DNA of 64,000 nucleotides from Alloascoidea hylecoeti (lineage: Eukaryota): contig BCKZ01000028.1 in assembly GCA_001600815.1 (NCBI GenBank), positions 62,001 to 126,000 on the forward strand. Reading direction: 5' to 3'. Both the position numbers and the translations under genes were made by a program. This document shows, piece after piece, positions 38,649 to 52,501 of this stretch (the stretch's first letter is position 1; each line of letters begins with the position of its first letter). The notes under the pieces were generated by a model that worked only from the letters and a program-made list of their open reading frames with translations, was not told the DNA's origin and ran no database searches.

Positions 38649-39917
38649 ATAGCAGCTATACCACATAGTGTCACATACCCTATCCTATGCCTATATGTTT
38701 CTTGTTAATTTCGGCAATTGGATTTTAATATCGAAGAGGTTATAGTCTACATCATGATCAACGTGTTTACGAAATGAACCACTAACATCACCAAAAAAAC
38801 ATGAAATAACTAATTTTAAATATTTCGTATATTCTCCTAAGAATTTTCTATCTGTTTCTTTGTCTATAAATCAAAGTTGGAGAGTTTCTTCTTTTTTAAC
38901 CTAAGCCCGCGTGTATTAATAGAAGATTTCAAGACTGTACTCCGATTAAACACCCAAATTCTATTCTTCTCTAACCTCAATATGCTATCAGAAGACATCA
39001 ATCTTTTGCTCCTTGCATAGATCATCGTGGGTATAAATTCATCTTTTTTTTTTTGCCCGGTGTCCTAATTCGGACGTAAAGTTACTAGATTATATTTTTC
39101 ATTAGAGTAACTGGTTTACCTGATATAGTTGGTTATAATATGAACACCGTTATAGGTTTTTACTAATTTTTACCACTTGTCCGATTAATTATTGGCGTTC
39201 GGATGAAATGATATCGACGTTTTGAATTGCTGATCTTTGGTGTACTTATATGCAACAATATTAGAACATAGAATTTCAAGATCAACGGAGATCCTGGATA
39301 ACGATAAGGATGGATTAACATTTGTATAGCTATTGTGTAATTTAAAAACCTCTGCTTCAACTTCAATTTATGTTAATATTATAAGATTAAACTTATAATA
39401 TAAATGGTTTAATATCTGTTGATCCAACTGGATTTTTTCTTAACTGACCATGATCGTGATCGTTATCTTTTAAGTTTAAGATTATAATTAATTATTGTTA
39501 ATCATACACATCAAATTGTACTTGTGAATCATGTTATGATCTTTATTTTCAACAATATTATCGATATCTCTATTTTTTTTTATCTTCATTGCTATTAGAA
39601 GTTATTATCAATATGAACCAAGATCTAGATAATCCTCGGAAAAACCATTGATTGTTTGAGATTTTAATGTTTCGCAAATTAAATATTTTGATCTTAATAA
39701 GTAAATCATCAATTGAAAAATGAGGATTCCTTGTAAGATAACAAATAATGAAGTAACAAAGCTTTGAAAATATGAGCTTAAGTTCCAAAAGGATGATAAG
39801 TATTCTTGACTATCTTCATGAAAACGTTCACTGTATCTTATTACTAGAATCCAATTATAAATACATGTATCACAGAATAAGGGCATGTTGTATCCCGAAT
39901 AAACAAATCTATATGAT

Positions 39918-41299
39918 TTATACATCCTCAAATTCAAAATCATCATCTTCATCATCTTCATCATCATCACCTGTTGATTTAATTACATCGGGAGCTTTTA
40001 AAGTTTCGTTATTAGTAGTAGCATTCACATCTACATCTTCAAATTCTTCGTCTTCATCTTCATCATCTTCATCATCTTCTTCTTCCTCCTCTTTTGCTTC
40101 AGCTGCATCTTCCTCTGCTTTTCTTCTTGCCAATTCTGCATAATATTCAGTAAGTGCTTTATTTTCCATCTCATCTCTTTCAGCTTCTTCATTACTTCTA
40201 GTATCAACACCAACCTTCATTTCTTTACTACCATTATCAATTGAATTATTAGAAATAATTCCAGATCTAGATGAATTTCCAGATGTAGGTAATAATGTTT
40301 TACCAACAGTACTTTGAATATGCCATTCAGGTAAAGAATTTTGTTTTGCTAATCTTTCCTTTTCTTGTCTTTGTAATAATTCCATTGATTGAGACTCTTC
40401 ATTTGATGTAATATTAACATTTAATTTAGTTTGTTGATTTAAATCTGTTGATGATGATGATATATTATTTTTTGTACTGTTAATATAAGCTGTTGTTGAT
40501 TCGGAATTTGCTTGTAATGCAATTGCAACTGTTGAATCAAAAGTATTACTAAAAAAAATTAATAAGTTGTTAAAATAAAATAAAATAAAATAAAACATTT
40601 TTGTAAATATTGTTGAAACATACTCTTCAATAACTTTATTATCAATTTCTCTTAACATTTCAATTATTGGTTCAATTCTTTTCCTTAAACGATCTAATTG
40701 TTCTTCTTTTTCTTTTGTTTTTGTTGATGTATCATCTTCAATTAAAACTGAATTACAAACAGAACATAAAAAATGTGTCATATCAGGAGATGGATTAGTT
40801 ACGGCATCAAGTTGAGAATATCTAGATTTACATAATGGACATAAAAACCCTTGTGGATTAGATTCCTATTCCAAATAAAAACATTCATTAGTTAAAAAAA
40901 GACATAATCAAATAAAGACATAATCAAATAAAGACATAATCAAATATATTGATGAAAACATACATTTTGTAAAGCATCAGTTAATGTCTTAACAATACTA
41001 TAAATTTTCCATTTTATTGAATCAATCGCTTCAATATAATGAATAAAATAATAAACTTTTGTGATTGGTCTATTTTGTGGTCCATCTTCTTTTCTTAAAT
41101 ATTGTGATAACAATCTATCTTCAATAAGTTTTGCTAGATAATGTTTTAATTCTTTTCTTTGAATTCCAATTAAATGAACTAAATCATCATCTGATAAAAC
41201 TGAATGAATTATAATTGAATCCATTATAAGAACGAATTGTTTTTTATAAAAACCTCGAGATACAAATCGAATTAATCGTTTTACTACTTCATCCATCAT
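39918..41299 (-). CDS. TFA1: TFIIE large subunit; exons 41299-40964, 40865-40624, 40548-39918
   Basis: VSRGFY, YYFIHY..AIDSIKWK, Zn ribbon CPLC...CSVC, QNSLPEWH..STVG, acidic tail ending FEFEDV; two GTATGT...TAG introns restore LQN|ESNPQG and IED|NTF. Confidence 0.92.
40908..40948. repeat. 16-bp tandem repeat (AAAGACATAATCAAAT, about three copies from ~40898) in TFA1 intron 1
   Basis: Direct reading of 40898-40945. Confidence 0.7.
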
Positions 41300-41562
41300 T
41301 TTTTATTGATTATTATTGGGGTTTTGAAAGATATACTTTTGGTGCTGCCATTAAATTTGAATTGGTGTAAGCATTTCAAAATCCGTACACGTGATTTACG
41401 GCTTACTTATACTTGGAATAATATTATGCAATCATTCGATTTTTATTTATACACAAGTATTTAACTAACAAATAAATATACTGGCTCTTTCATAATAAAT
41501 AAACATATTAATTAATGTTAGTTTTCTTGAAAGAATCGGAGTGAACAAAGATGAACTTTTTT

Positions 41563-42183
41563 TTAGTTATAAATAGAATACTTCTCAAATTCACGAGAAG
41601 TAATACCAGTCCTTTTCATTACATCCATGTCCACTCCTCTCCGAAAAGAATTATCCAATTGATCATTATAATTTGAAGATAAACCATTTAATGTTGGATC
41701 AATATTAACATTTAACGACTGTGGGTTATAAGTTGAAGTATATGTATAGTCAAGATCTGATGATAAGAATTGTGGGAAAGGAATTGTATTATTTATCATT
41801 GAAGGACCATAATTTAAATTAGGATTTATATTTGATATTGGTAGATTTCTTGAATGTTTCCTATTAATAATACATTCTATATTTTTTTTAATACAATTAT
41901 CACATTGTAATTCAGATTGTGAATGAGTACATCTTTGTTTTAATTTTGCACAATTTTTACAAGCTGCTTTACATCGAGGTTCTAAACTTGAAGTTGGACA
42001 ACTATTATTTGATTTTGATTTTGTATGATTTTTAGAATGACGGGTTAATAAATCTTTTCTTGCAAATGTTTTTGAACAAATTGAACATATAAATGGTCTT
42101 TCTTGGGTATGGGAACGTATATGTCGTTCCATATGTTCACGACGAGTGAAAGGATCCCCACAATAAGGACAATCAAAACCCAT
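41563..42183 (-). CDS. Transcription factor with two C2H2 fingers plus a Zn2Cys6 cluster (Cmr1-like architecture), short/possibly truncated
   Basis: CPYC...HMERHIRSH-TQERPF-CSIC...HSKNH, then CKNCAKLKQRC...CDNCIKKNIEC; first ATG at 42183. Confidence 0.75.
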   Translation of the reverse strand: MGFDCPYCGDPFTRREHMERHIRSHTQERPFICSICSKTFARKDLLTRHSKNHTKSKSNNSCPTSSLEPRCKAACKNCAKLKQRCTHSQSELQCDNCIKKNIECIINRKHSRNLPISNINPNLNYGPSMINNTIPFPQFLSSDLDYTYTSTYNPQSLNVNIDPTLNGLSSNYNDQLDNSFRRGVDMDVMKRTGITSREFEKYSIYN

Positions 42184-43888
42184 GATGTCTTTGAGATGAT
42201 CTATATATGAAAGAAGATGTTTATCGATGGTGGAAGATTCACCTGACACACATGGCAGTTTAAGTAATCGAATAACGTTCAAAGTATTATAAAAATAACC
42301 TTGTTTCTCCACTTTCTTGAGATGTGGAGTACAGTCAGTAATGATGCAAGTATTTAATTAATCTATCATAACGTCCCCACAAATTACGGTGATGTGGTAA
42401 ATTATAATTTATAAATTCTATATAACAATTTTGGTGTATGTAATATTTAGAAGTTACTCGGGATACGTTTTTAGTGTAGCCTATAGCTATTATTCTAATG
42501 TCTACAGTAGTTAATGCTTAATAGCAATTGGGTCAAACTATAAGTAGGTATAATGAGCATGGGGTATATAGATTTGACCATCATTGACCATGACCTACTA
42601 AAGCTATTAATGGCCATTTGATGTTTTAGTGTATCGCATTGATTGTCTGGTGAAGGTTTAAGATTTACCTATTAATTACCTCTTAAATCCGAAGCGCCGA
42701 TAAATGATCGGAGAAGATAACATTTATTATAATTCTGCATCACACGAATCTAATAAAATCTATAATTGCCCCAGTCCATTTCCATTATAACTATTTATAA
42801 AATGGTATTTGACTTATCTAATCATACCGTATAAAACAGTGAGCATTATGACTCTCTTGATCTAAACTATAGAACATGCTGTAGCAACGTTTATATCAGC
42901 TTTTTCTATTTTAGCATCCAGCCCCTGGTTCACCTCAACTTTTGCAGTTCACCAAAAACAGTGCTATTTGTGGGTACGTGTTTGTAGGTAAAATATGATT
43001 CTCATTAATTTATAAACCATTGCATAATTATATACTCAAGGATGCATACATCCACAGAAACACTAGCTAATAAATTTCCAAACAAATGAACTATTACAAA
43101 TCCTAAATAAATCGATGTTGAATTCTTAAAGAGGTTGGCTAATTCATCTTGAGTATGATCGAGGAGCTATTTTTATATATCGATGGTCAACTACTTACCT
43201 TTAAACGGTAAGTTAATCTCTAACATTAACACCAACGGATATTTTCAAAAGTCGCTGAATTATTGTTATATAAAATTGCTAAATATCTCCTTTATTGGTT
43301 CACTAATATTTTTGCAAGTTTCAGATACTTATATATTATTCAAATCGCTAAATGCAGGGGCAGATAATCATCCAACATATTTATTTACCTAGGGTTAATT
43401 AAATTCTATATAAATATAACAAATAATTTTCAGATATAATTACCAATAAATTGATTGATTCATTACTGTATTTATCGCTAGTTAATTTCCGAAAATTTTC
43501 ACTAATATTTTCTTCCAAATATCGTTTACAATAGATGAAAAAGTTGTGTAAAGTACCAGATTAATAAAAGATTACTTCTAGAAACAGGTAAAATGGTTTC
43601 TAAAATACGAAGTAAAGTTTAGGATAATCAATCCCGGAATCCAATTCAATAGGTTATAACTTTAATACTTCCAATAATGCAAAATAAATTCTTCAAACAA
43701 CACAAACACGAGATGTCAGCGGATTAAACGCACAAAAAATAATTAACTTAAGTTACTCGAAAAACCAATCTCATCATTGTATATTCTATTGGTTTTATTA
43801 TTGTAATTGTGTAAACATCATCGAGTTAATTAATCTATCAGGATCTATCCTTATAATTTATCAGTTTTAGATCTAAATATTACCTTGT

Positions 43889-44031
43889 ATTGGAGCTGCT
43901 GAAGTATATTTAATAAAGTATTTGAGTCTTCTCTCAATGACATATTCCATTATCCCCCTATTCTGCGTAGGAAAACTATATCCTATATATAACTATGTAA
44001 ATCAATGGTGTGATCCTTCACGATATATGAC
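43889..44031. repeat. LTR-like direct repeat, left copy
   Basis: Diverged copy of 46237-46372 (shared TTGGAGCTG, GTATTTGAGTC, AATGACATATTCCA, TATATATAACTATGTAAATCAATG). Confidence 0.7.
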
Positions 44032-46236
44032 TAAACAATTAAAACTCTTATAATGTTGATGTTAGGGCAGTTAGTTAGTTAGTAATAGTTACATTCTGTT
44101 TTTATGTTTCAAGTAATTAGTTTTTATGTTGATCAATCATTTATGCAGATAACTTGTTTTAAATAGTCATATATAAGAAGTAGTCTTTCCCTAGATATTT
44201 AAAAGAAAATAAGAAACAGAGAGATTAAGATTCGTACATCAAGTGCCAGAAGACTAATTCTTTATTAACTTTGCTAAAGCAGCTACAAGAACATGGTGGC
44301 GCCTCTGTCACGACCTCTGTTTCTTCAGAGCTGAGGGGTCTGTCAAAACTAACTGTGAGTGAAGATCCGGTAGTATTTGAAATTTGGGACTTTGGTATTA
44401 GGTCTACCCTCATAAAATTAAGTCTTACGAAATATTTGGATGAAAGTAAGGCCGATGAAGTGTATGGAAAATCATTGCTGGATAATGATGATATCCTCTA
44501 CATATTCAGAATCAATACCAATCTTCCTTAAATTACCAGGAATGTCTCCTTCAATATCAGAATCCATTTCACTATCAAACTCATTGTCACCACTAGGCTT
44601 ATCAACACTAGTAGTATCCACAATTTTACTGTCTTCTTTATTATCCTTATCATCCAGACAATCAAAAGTATCATATTTTTTATAAATAACTTTGTAATGT
44701 TTTGTGTGCAAAAGGCGTCCATAACAAGCGCTTCCCAATAGATGGGACCAACATAGTAACCAACTTCACCTATAGGAGCTAATTTTGATTTCATTTCTTG
44801 AAATGATACTCAAAAGATCACTTTTGCAGAAAATTTATGAATATCATGGTTATTAAACATGGATGTTGAAAATCCTAGTTTTTTTATATCTATCATCAAC
44901 CAAATTGCGAACAATAGCATTGTAACAAATAATCAAATCTCATAAATGTTCAGCATCCTTGAAATTATAATGATTTTCCTAATCTTGAATAATGGTTTGA
45001 ACAGCATTGAGGGAAGTTAAGTTTTCACGTTCAACAACCTTGTGACACAGCGCGTTTCAACGCTGTTAAAGATCTGAAATATAATGTGCCATTTTAATTA
45101 CAGAAGGCGTCTAAAGTATTATTTTTAAATTCCAAACCATTATCAGATACCAATCTTCGTATCCCAGTACCAGTTTGTGTCACTAACAATTGATTTAATT
45201 CACGGATTTTTTTATAAACATCAGACTTATTCATGATAGGATACGGAAACAAGCATTTGGTCTTATTATCTTTACAAATTAACATATATTTATGACGTTG
45301 TTTTGATAAACTAAATGGATCAGCAACATCAACAAAAATTTCATGTTCTTGCATATATTCCCTATGTTTTGGCTTAGATGGCTGACGAGTTGTTTTTCCA
45401 ATAATATAAGGCTCAGGGGTCTTTCAATTCAATTCCTTTTCTTTGATCAACTTTTTCTCGTTAGCCGGAACAACACGACTCTTTAACAGTCGAGGTGAAA
45501 TATTTCCATATTTTTCATGTACATATTTTATACCTGGATCGTAACGTAGAACTCGGGTATTACGTATATACTGTGTTCCAGCCTCCGATCGGTATATTCT
45601 TACAACATTTTCAACCTTAAAAGTCACAAAGTCTTCTACTCCCTCCCTGATAATTCCACTTTTGAATTCAACCTCAATATATCCTTTATCTATAAACTCA
45701 ATTTGGTGTTGAACTTCATATAATCGTGGTATTTTTCGAGAACTGAAATCATAAACACAATCAATATTTTGTTCATCATTACGGTTGTTACTGCGCCAGA
45801 GTCAAGAGCATATTGTATATTCATGTTCAGCTTTAGAATTATCATGGAACAAAATATCCATATATAATAATAGGTCATTTGTATTTTTATCCTCAAATTT
45901 TTTTTCTTATTATTTTCAAGATAATACTTCTTTCTCTTTTCTTTCATTTTTACACAAATATTTTAAATGATCTTGTCTTCCACAAATATCACATCTTGAA
46001 TATCTATGATAGCAACGTTCAATTGTATGTCCTCGTTTTCCACATTTGGCACATTGGAATCGACATCTATGACTTTGACCACCAGATTTATTTTTATCAG
46101 GTCCACTATTATTATTATTTCTATTAAAAACACCAAGAACAACTTCTTTTTCTTGTGTCCCTTTCAAATAGTCGTATAGTGAAACCATTCTGGCAACTAT
46201 TTTCTTTCAGTGTGAGCAGGTTGATACAACAATTCC

Positions 46237-46372
46237 TTGGAGCTGAAGTAGATCTAATAAGGTATTTGAGTCAATGACATATTCCACTATCCTCCTTTTC
46301 TACACAGGAAAACTGTATCTTATATATAACTATGTAAATCAATGATATGATTAAAGAATCACCATATATGAA
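46237..46372. repeat. LTR-like direct repeat, right copy
   Basis: Diverged copy of 43889-44031, upstream of the gag remnant. Confidence 0.7.
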
Positions 46373-47807
46373 AACCCATATAGGTTGAATGCTTATGTTG
46401 TGTGTGACTTTGTAAATCTGTCTGCTTTATGATATTACAACCAGGTCGGGATCAAACTGGTGCTTCGCGAAAAATTGAGGTAGAATTTACGAATAGTAAG
46501 AAATTGATCAATCATAAGTGTGAAAATATATAGTTTAGGTCAGAATCTAATTTATCTTAAGATTCTTGTTTTCAATCTTTATTCTCGTTCTTTTCTCTTT
46601 TCTCTCTATATAAGTATATCTTTTTCTGTTAATCCCTCTTTTTAGTATACTTAGTAGTTACGTTTCAATATCTCCATAGTTGAACTCGCTAAGCAACTAA
46701 TTCATCATCTTCAATTGTTTAAAGGCCACTTTTTGGTGCTTCATCATTAATAGTTTTATGTACTTTCTTGATTCCTGAATCAAAGATTTTTTTGTGTTTT
46801 TGTAATTTCTAAAGTAACAGCATCATTTTTTCTTTTTTCGGGAAGAAAAATAAAGAGTTATCATAAATTCAAACTCTACATTTATATATATATCAGGAAG
46901 AGGTAAGGTATATTTTTCATTGTACATTGTACAGTATCAGCCTGAATGTTTAAATAAACCTCATTGATCAAGTTGAATGATATCTCCAACCTTTCCTCTA
47001 ACAAAATATTGTCATCAAATTGCTGATTTATTATTCACTTCAAATTCTTTATTTATCTTCAGAATGATTTCATCTAAACCACATCATCCATATAACAAAA
47101 TTCGCACGACAATTAAAATTGAAACGCAATATAAAAGTTTTGGTATTTCAGTCTCCCAGAACTTGCAATAGATGATTCTATCATAGGAATATTAAAAGAG
47201 TATACTATTGATCCTAGAGCAACTATAGCCCCATAATTTCCCCGGAGAAATTATAACACAACACACAGAAAGGGATTGGATTATCCAAAAAAACAATGTA
47301 AAGCTCATTTAAAAATTTGTGAGATCCAGACAGCCAGTACTTACAAACGATGTAATTATGAAAAGATTGGCATATATAGTATTTTAGTAAGCAAGGTCTA
47401 CCCTAGTTGCGGATGACCTACCCCACCATTCTTACAGACTCAATAAAATATATCCATGAATTGTTGGGATTATATTGCTTATCAACTAAATGATTGATGT
47501 ATATAATACATATTCGTTTAACTATTGTTTAATTATCATTGAAGTTATACTATATTGAATCGTATGTTATACTATGCCATGCCCATACTACCATTATGCA
47601 TTAATACTTATTTCTTAATGCATATATATATAATGTTAAGTTGAAAAGTTAATAAGCAACAAACTTGAAAAATATACTTGTAAATTTAAATTGAAAAAAA
47701 AAAAAATTGATCTTAAAGATATTAACTATTTATAAATATCAATGATTACCCCTAAACATCAAAAAAATCATATTTATTCAAATTCTATTACATTATAATA
47801 ATAAAAA

Positions 47808-49470
47808 ATGAGCGATTCAAACGAATCGATTCCTTCACATCCAGAAAAAGCAATAGCTAAACCACATCAATCATTATTTGATTATATGCCAAATTATGAT
47901 AAGCCATGGTATCGGGTTCCTCATCTTTTAAAATTGAATCTTACTTTAATAGTAATAATGGTTAGTTCAACAACAAGTGGTTATGATAGTTCTATGTTAA
48001 ATGGTTTACAATCTGTTGCTAAATGGTCTAATGATATGGGAAAACCTCAAGGTGCTGTTTTAGGTGCTATGAGTAATGGTAAGTTTATATTCTTTAAATT
48101 TAAATATTATATGAATAGTTTACTAACATCTATTTTAAGGTATGAGTTTTGGATTTTTCATCACCTGTTGGTTTGCTCCTTGGTTATCAGATACATATGG
48201 TAGAAAGCCTTGTATTATTATTGGTGATATTATTATGGTTGCTGGAATTATTATTCAATCTGCTGCAAATGGTTATGCCTGCTTCATAGTTGGAAGAATT
48301 GTCATTGGTGCTGGTGCTACGTTAGCTGCTATAGCGTCTGTTCCACTATTAACTGAAATTGCTTATCCAACCCATAGAGAAATAGTTACAGCTTGTTTTA
48401 ATACTTTATGGTATTCTGGTGCTATTCTTGCTTCTTGGGCTACATTTGGTTGTTATTATTTAGGAAATACTTCTTGGGCTTGGAGAGCTCTTAGTATTTT
48501 ACAAGGTACTTTTGTTGTCATTCAATTAATGTTTATTTATTGGGTTCCAGAGAGTCCTAGATTCTTAGTATCAAAAGGTAGGATAAATGAAGCTAGAGAA
48601 ATGTTAATGAAATGGCATGGTGGTGGTGATGAAGATCGTTGTGGTGTTTTCATTGATTTTCAATTAGCTGAAATTTCATCTGCTATTGAATTTGAAAAAT
48701 CTCATAGTGATACAAGTTATTCAACTTTCTTTTCTACTAAAGGAAATAGACTTAGATTAACACTTTGTTGTTTCGTTCCTATTTTACAACAACTTTCTGG
48801 TAATAGTTTGGTTAGTTATTATATGAATAAGGTTTTAAACAGTATTGGTATTACATCTGCTCCAAGACAATTGATTATCAATGGTGGTCTTATGATTTAT
48901 AATCAAGGTGTTGCATTAATGGCTCCATTTTTTGTTAATCGTGTTGGTAGAAGAGTTATGTTTTTGTTTAGTACGGTTGCAATGCTTATTTGTTACTTGG
49001 TCTGGACAGTACTATCAGCTATTAATGAAAAACGGAATTTCGAAGATAAATCATTAGGTCAAGGTGTTCTTGCAATGATTTTCTTATATTATTTTGCTTA
49101 TGATAGTGGATTATGTGGATTACCAAATTTATATATGTCTGAAATTCTTCCATTCTCACTTCGTTCCAAAGGAATGACTATTTACACCATGGTTACTTAT
49201 CTAGTATTAATCTTTTCTGGGTTTGTTAATCCTGTTGCTATGGATGCTATTTCATGGAAATACTATATTGTTTGGACTTGTTGGTTAGCCGTTGAAATTG
49301 TTATTGTTTACTTCTTGTTCCCAGAAACAAGGGGTTATACTTTAGAAGAAGTTGCAGTTGTTTTTGGTGATAAAGTTACTGATGATTTGGATCAAGCTTT
49401 CATGGAAATTGGAAAAAATAAACCTGAAATCAGTCATCTTGAAAATGGGAGTAAAAATGAGAATGTTTAA
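47808..49470 (+). CDS. Sugar porter, LAC12/cellodextrin-transporter-like; exons 47808-48078 and 48140-49470
   Basis: PWYRVPHLLKLN, GYDSSMLNGLQ, EIAYPTHR, QLSGNSLVSYY, PETRGYTLEE; intron 48079-48139 GTAAGT...TACTAAC...AAG. Confidence 0.92.
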
Positions 49471-52400
49471 TCTCATTTTTTTAAAGGGAACTAAAGTAAT
49501 GGTTACAATGAAAAAAAACATAAAAATGTTACTATGAAATGATATAATGTTATGTAAATTTAAAAATCTTTTATGATTATTGAATATTAATTTGATTTGT
49601 AAATAAGAATTATATAAAACATTAATTTGAATTCGAAGTTTATTGATGATGATATTTATATACCGAATTTTAATCGTAACTGAGTAACTATATGTAAATT
49701 AGAAATACATATTTCTATTTCCTAAAACAAGAGAGGTTATTCATTAGAAGAGTCGTTGTTAAATTCAATTATTTTGAGAAAAAGAATATTATAAGATCTA
49801 GATGCAGTCGCTTCGGATAATTGTTATAAAGAATATATTTGCAATTAGCACAACAAAATCTTACGGTGGAAGAGCTAAAAAAAAATAGCGCTAGACTGTC
49901 CAGAGCGTTTTCAGTCACTGCCGTGTAGTCCTGAATAAAAATAGTTATTCCGAACCAGCTATGCCAAAAAGTCGCACGACATCGACTACTTAAGATTGCG
50001 CATATTAAACATAACAAAATAGCTTTCAGTTACCCTTAATAGGAGAATGAGTATAACGTCTGTCATTCTTATAATTATGTCTTTACAATTGCCCACTCAT
50101 AGTAAAATCTACTTACTATTCATAATTCTTTCCGAACCGATTAATTAAACAGTTTAAACCTCATTACTGCTATATTTTATAATCATGCGGAACACGTTAA
50201 AAGTATGAAACTTACCATAGAGAAAAAAGCTCTCTACCTAATGATGAAATAATTTATTGTGAGCTCTTGAAATATAAAGGAACCTAATGAATTGAGTTTC
50301 GACTAAACACCAAGTTTGATTAATATTATTGGCCTATGTAAGTGAGGGATACTTTAAGAATTTTATTGATTAAGAAATATACGGGAATCCATAGGATCAT
50401 ACGTTACGTAATCAAGTGAAAAATGTAGAACTGAAAATATCAGATGTTGATATTTACCTAGCTAGTTTGTACCTGCTTGTGGCATTATAATCGTAATAAA
50501 TGTATTAAAATGAACTGCAGTCTGCAATTATAGAGTTATGACATAATACAGTGATCAATATTACATATAACTTAGAGGTACTAATATACTATACCATTAT
50601 GGGAGTTGGCAGATTTAAGTCTTTTTTTCAATTTCCGGTGAGAAGACTTACGGCACTAACTTCTTATAACATACATGTATGTACTAGGACCACACAAATC
50701 ACTTAATCCACTGTAAAACTTGCAATTGAATTTACCATCTTCTAGAATTAACTCAGATGATTATTAGTGAAATCGTCATAAATAAACTAAAAGTTTTTGA
50801 AATCTTAAAAAATGACTTAGGTTTTGTGCTTGTGCTTTTTAAAGTTTTGTACGCGGCGCGCTCATATATCTACCTCACCCTACATTTATTACTTTATTAC
50901 CCGAACAGTTCAATGACTGCATTGTAATAATGCAGGTCTATTTTCTTAAATTAGTACCAATTGTTTAGAACTCTGATGAGTCTGGTCGGATCATGATGAC
51001 TCCACACAGANTCCACAGACTGTATTGGCTAGTTATAGGGAATCATGGATATAATCGATATCTTTTAGCTGAAAAGTAGGATTCCAATTATTACACAAGG
51101 CTTAATATCGTTACCCATAAATATAAATATAACTCAATTATAATGTTTCTATATATAAAGGTTATACTTGGATATTTCAACACCCATCTCTTTAAACATC
51201 AAAAATTAAATTTATATTACAAAAAACCATATTCAATGTTATTATTATTCAATAGATATTCATTTTGTTTTTGTGAATAACTGATTCTCACATATTGTAG
51301 TGGTATTGTAAAGATTAGTTGGTTGTTACATAATTGATTTGAAAAAAAAAAAAAAAAAATAGAATTTATAATCAGAAAATCTGAATATAGTAAAAGGACG
51401 GAAGTAACAGATGGATTTATCGCTATAGTACTAATAGTAACAGATTCACATATTAATATTCATATTTTTAGACAAATTTGTGCTCATAAACGATGAAACA
51501 AAAGAAATCTAAATTCGTACAAAATTTTTATCCAGTTAAAATGGTTTAAAAATGAATGGGGATGTAGATCTAGAAGTTGTCAAAATAGTTTCAACTAAAG
51601 AATTACAAGAAAAGAAAATTAGTGGAGTGTTATAAATTATAGTTTACCTAAGTGTAAAATTATGTTAGTGTAAAATTATGTTAAGTAGAAAATTAGTGGA
51701 GTATAATTTATATTGTAGTTTATGTTAAGTTCTCTTCCATTATGCTCAAAGAGTTTAAATAATTTCATAAATCGCAGCATTTTTTTCCTATAAAGAGCGT
51801 TATATTGAAAATTAGTACGACAAATTATCCTAATCCACTGTATTTATGGAAATAGAGAACATATTGTAACTGACCATAATTATAAACCATCAGAAACTTC
51901 ACTTCACCATGATATAACCGTGTTTAATGAATTTCCTCTTGAACCCTGCAAATGATATTTTGTGAATCGCAATGTTACTGGAATGGAAATAAGCAAAAAA
52001 TCAGTTTAAAAAAGGGGTAAATATAATTTATTGAAAAGCTCATCATTTGGTTAATTTTGGTTGAATCGGGTTGAGAAAATCGCAACCCTATTGAATGTGT
52101 AAAGTAAAAATAAATCAGATATCAAAATAATTTTTCATAAGAGACTTTCAAAGAAGAACTATCTAGTGGCGTTTAAATTTGTATAACTTTCTCGTTTTAA
52201 TATACCGTACATTTATTATTAATGATGATGAAAAAATGATAGTATTAATTATATCTTATAGATGCCAGTTATCACCTGTAATTGCAAGCTTGAGCTCTAA
52301 ATGCGAATAAATTTAAATTCATTATAACTTATACCTTAAAACAATTGGATTGATATATCTTTAAATTTGTTTAAAAAGAGCTTGTAATCAATGTAACGGA

Positions 52401-52501
52401 TTGTTGACATCTGATCTCGTCTATTTTTATCTTTAGCATTGTTAAATATTGATTAAGGTTAAAGACACAAGAAGATGTATGGAGAAGATTCAGATTAAGA
52501 A

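Larger units (their letters stand above)
43889..46372 (-). mobile_element. Degenerate, internally deleted Ty1/copia LTR retrotransposon
   Basis: Gag CCHC knuckles CAKCGKRGHTIERC and CDICGRQDHLKYLC, protease LDSGA, integrase VD...SDNGLEF...ERENLT, SKLAP..GYYVG in copia order; many stops; no RT/RNase H seen; flanking direct repeats. Confidence 0.85.

Noticed and set aside
39570..40213. Poly-Ser and Met/Lys-rich ORFs overlapping TFA1
   Set aside because: Alternative-frame readings of the acidic GAT/GAA-rich tail.
46436..46472. tRNA-like T-loop / primer-binding-like sequence (minus strand GTTTGATCCCGACCTGGT) near the copia element
   Set aside because: No full cloverleaf and it lies on the wrong side of the repeat for a PBS.
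51612..51730. Local tandem duplications (AAAATTAGTGGAGT; GTGTAAAATTATGTTA)
   Set aside because: Short AT-rich slippage duplications without further structure.
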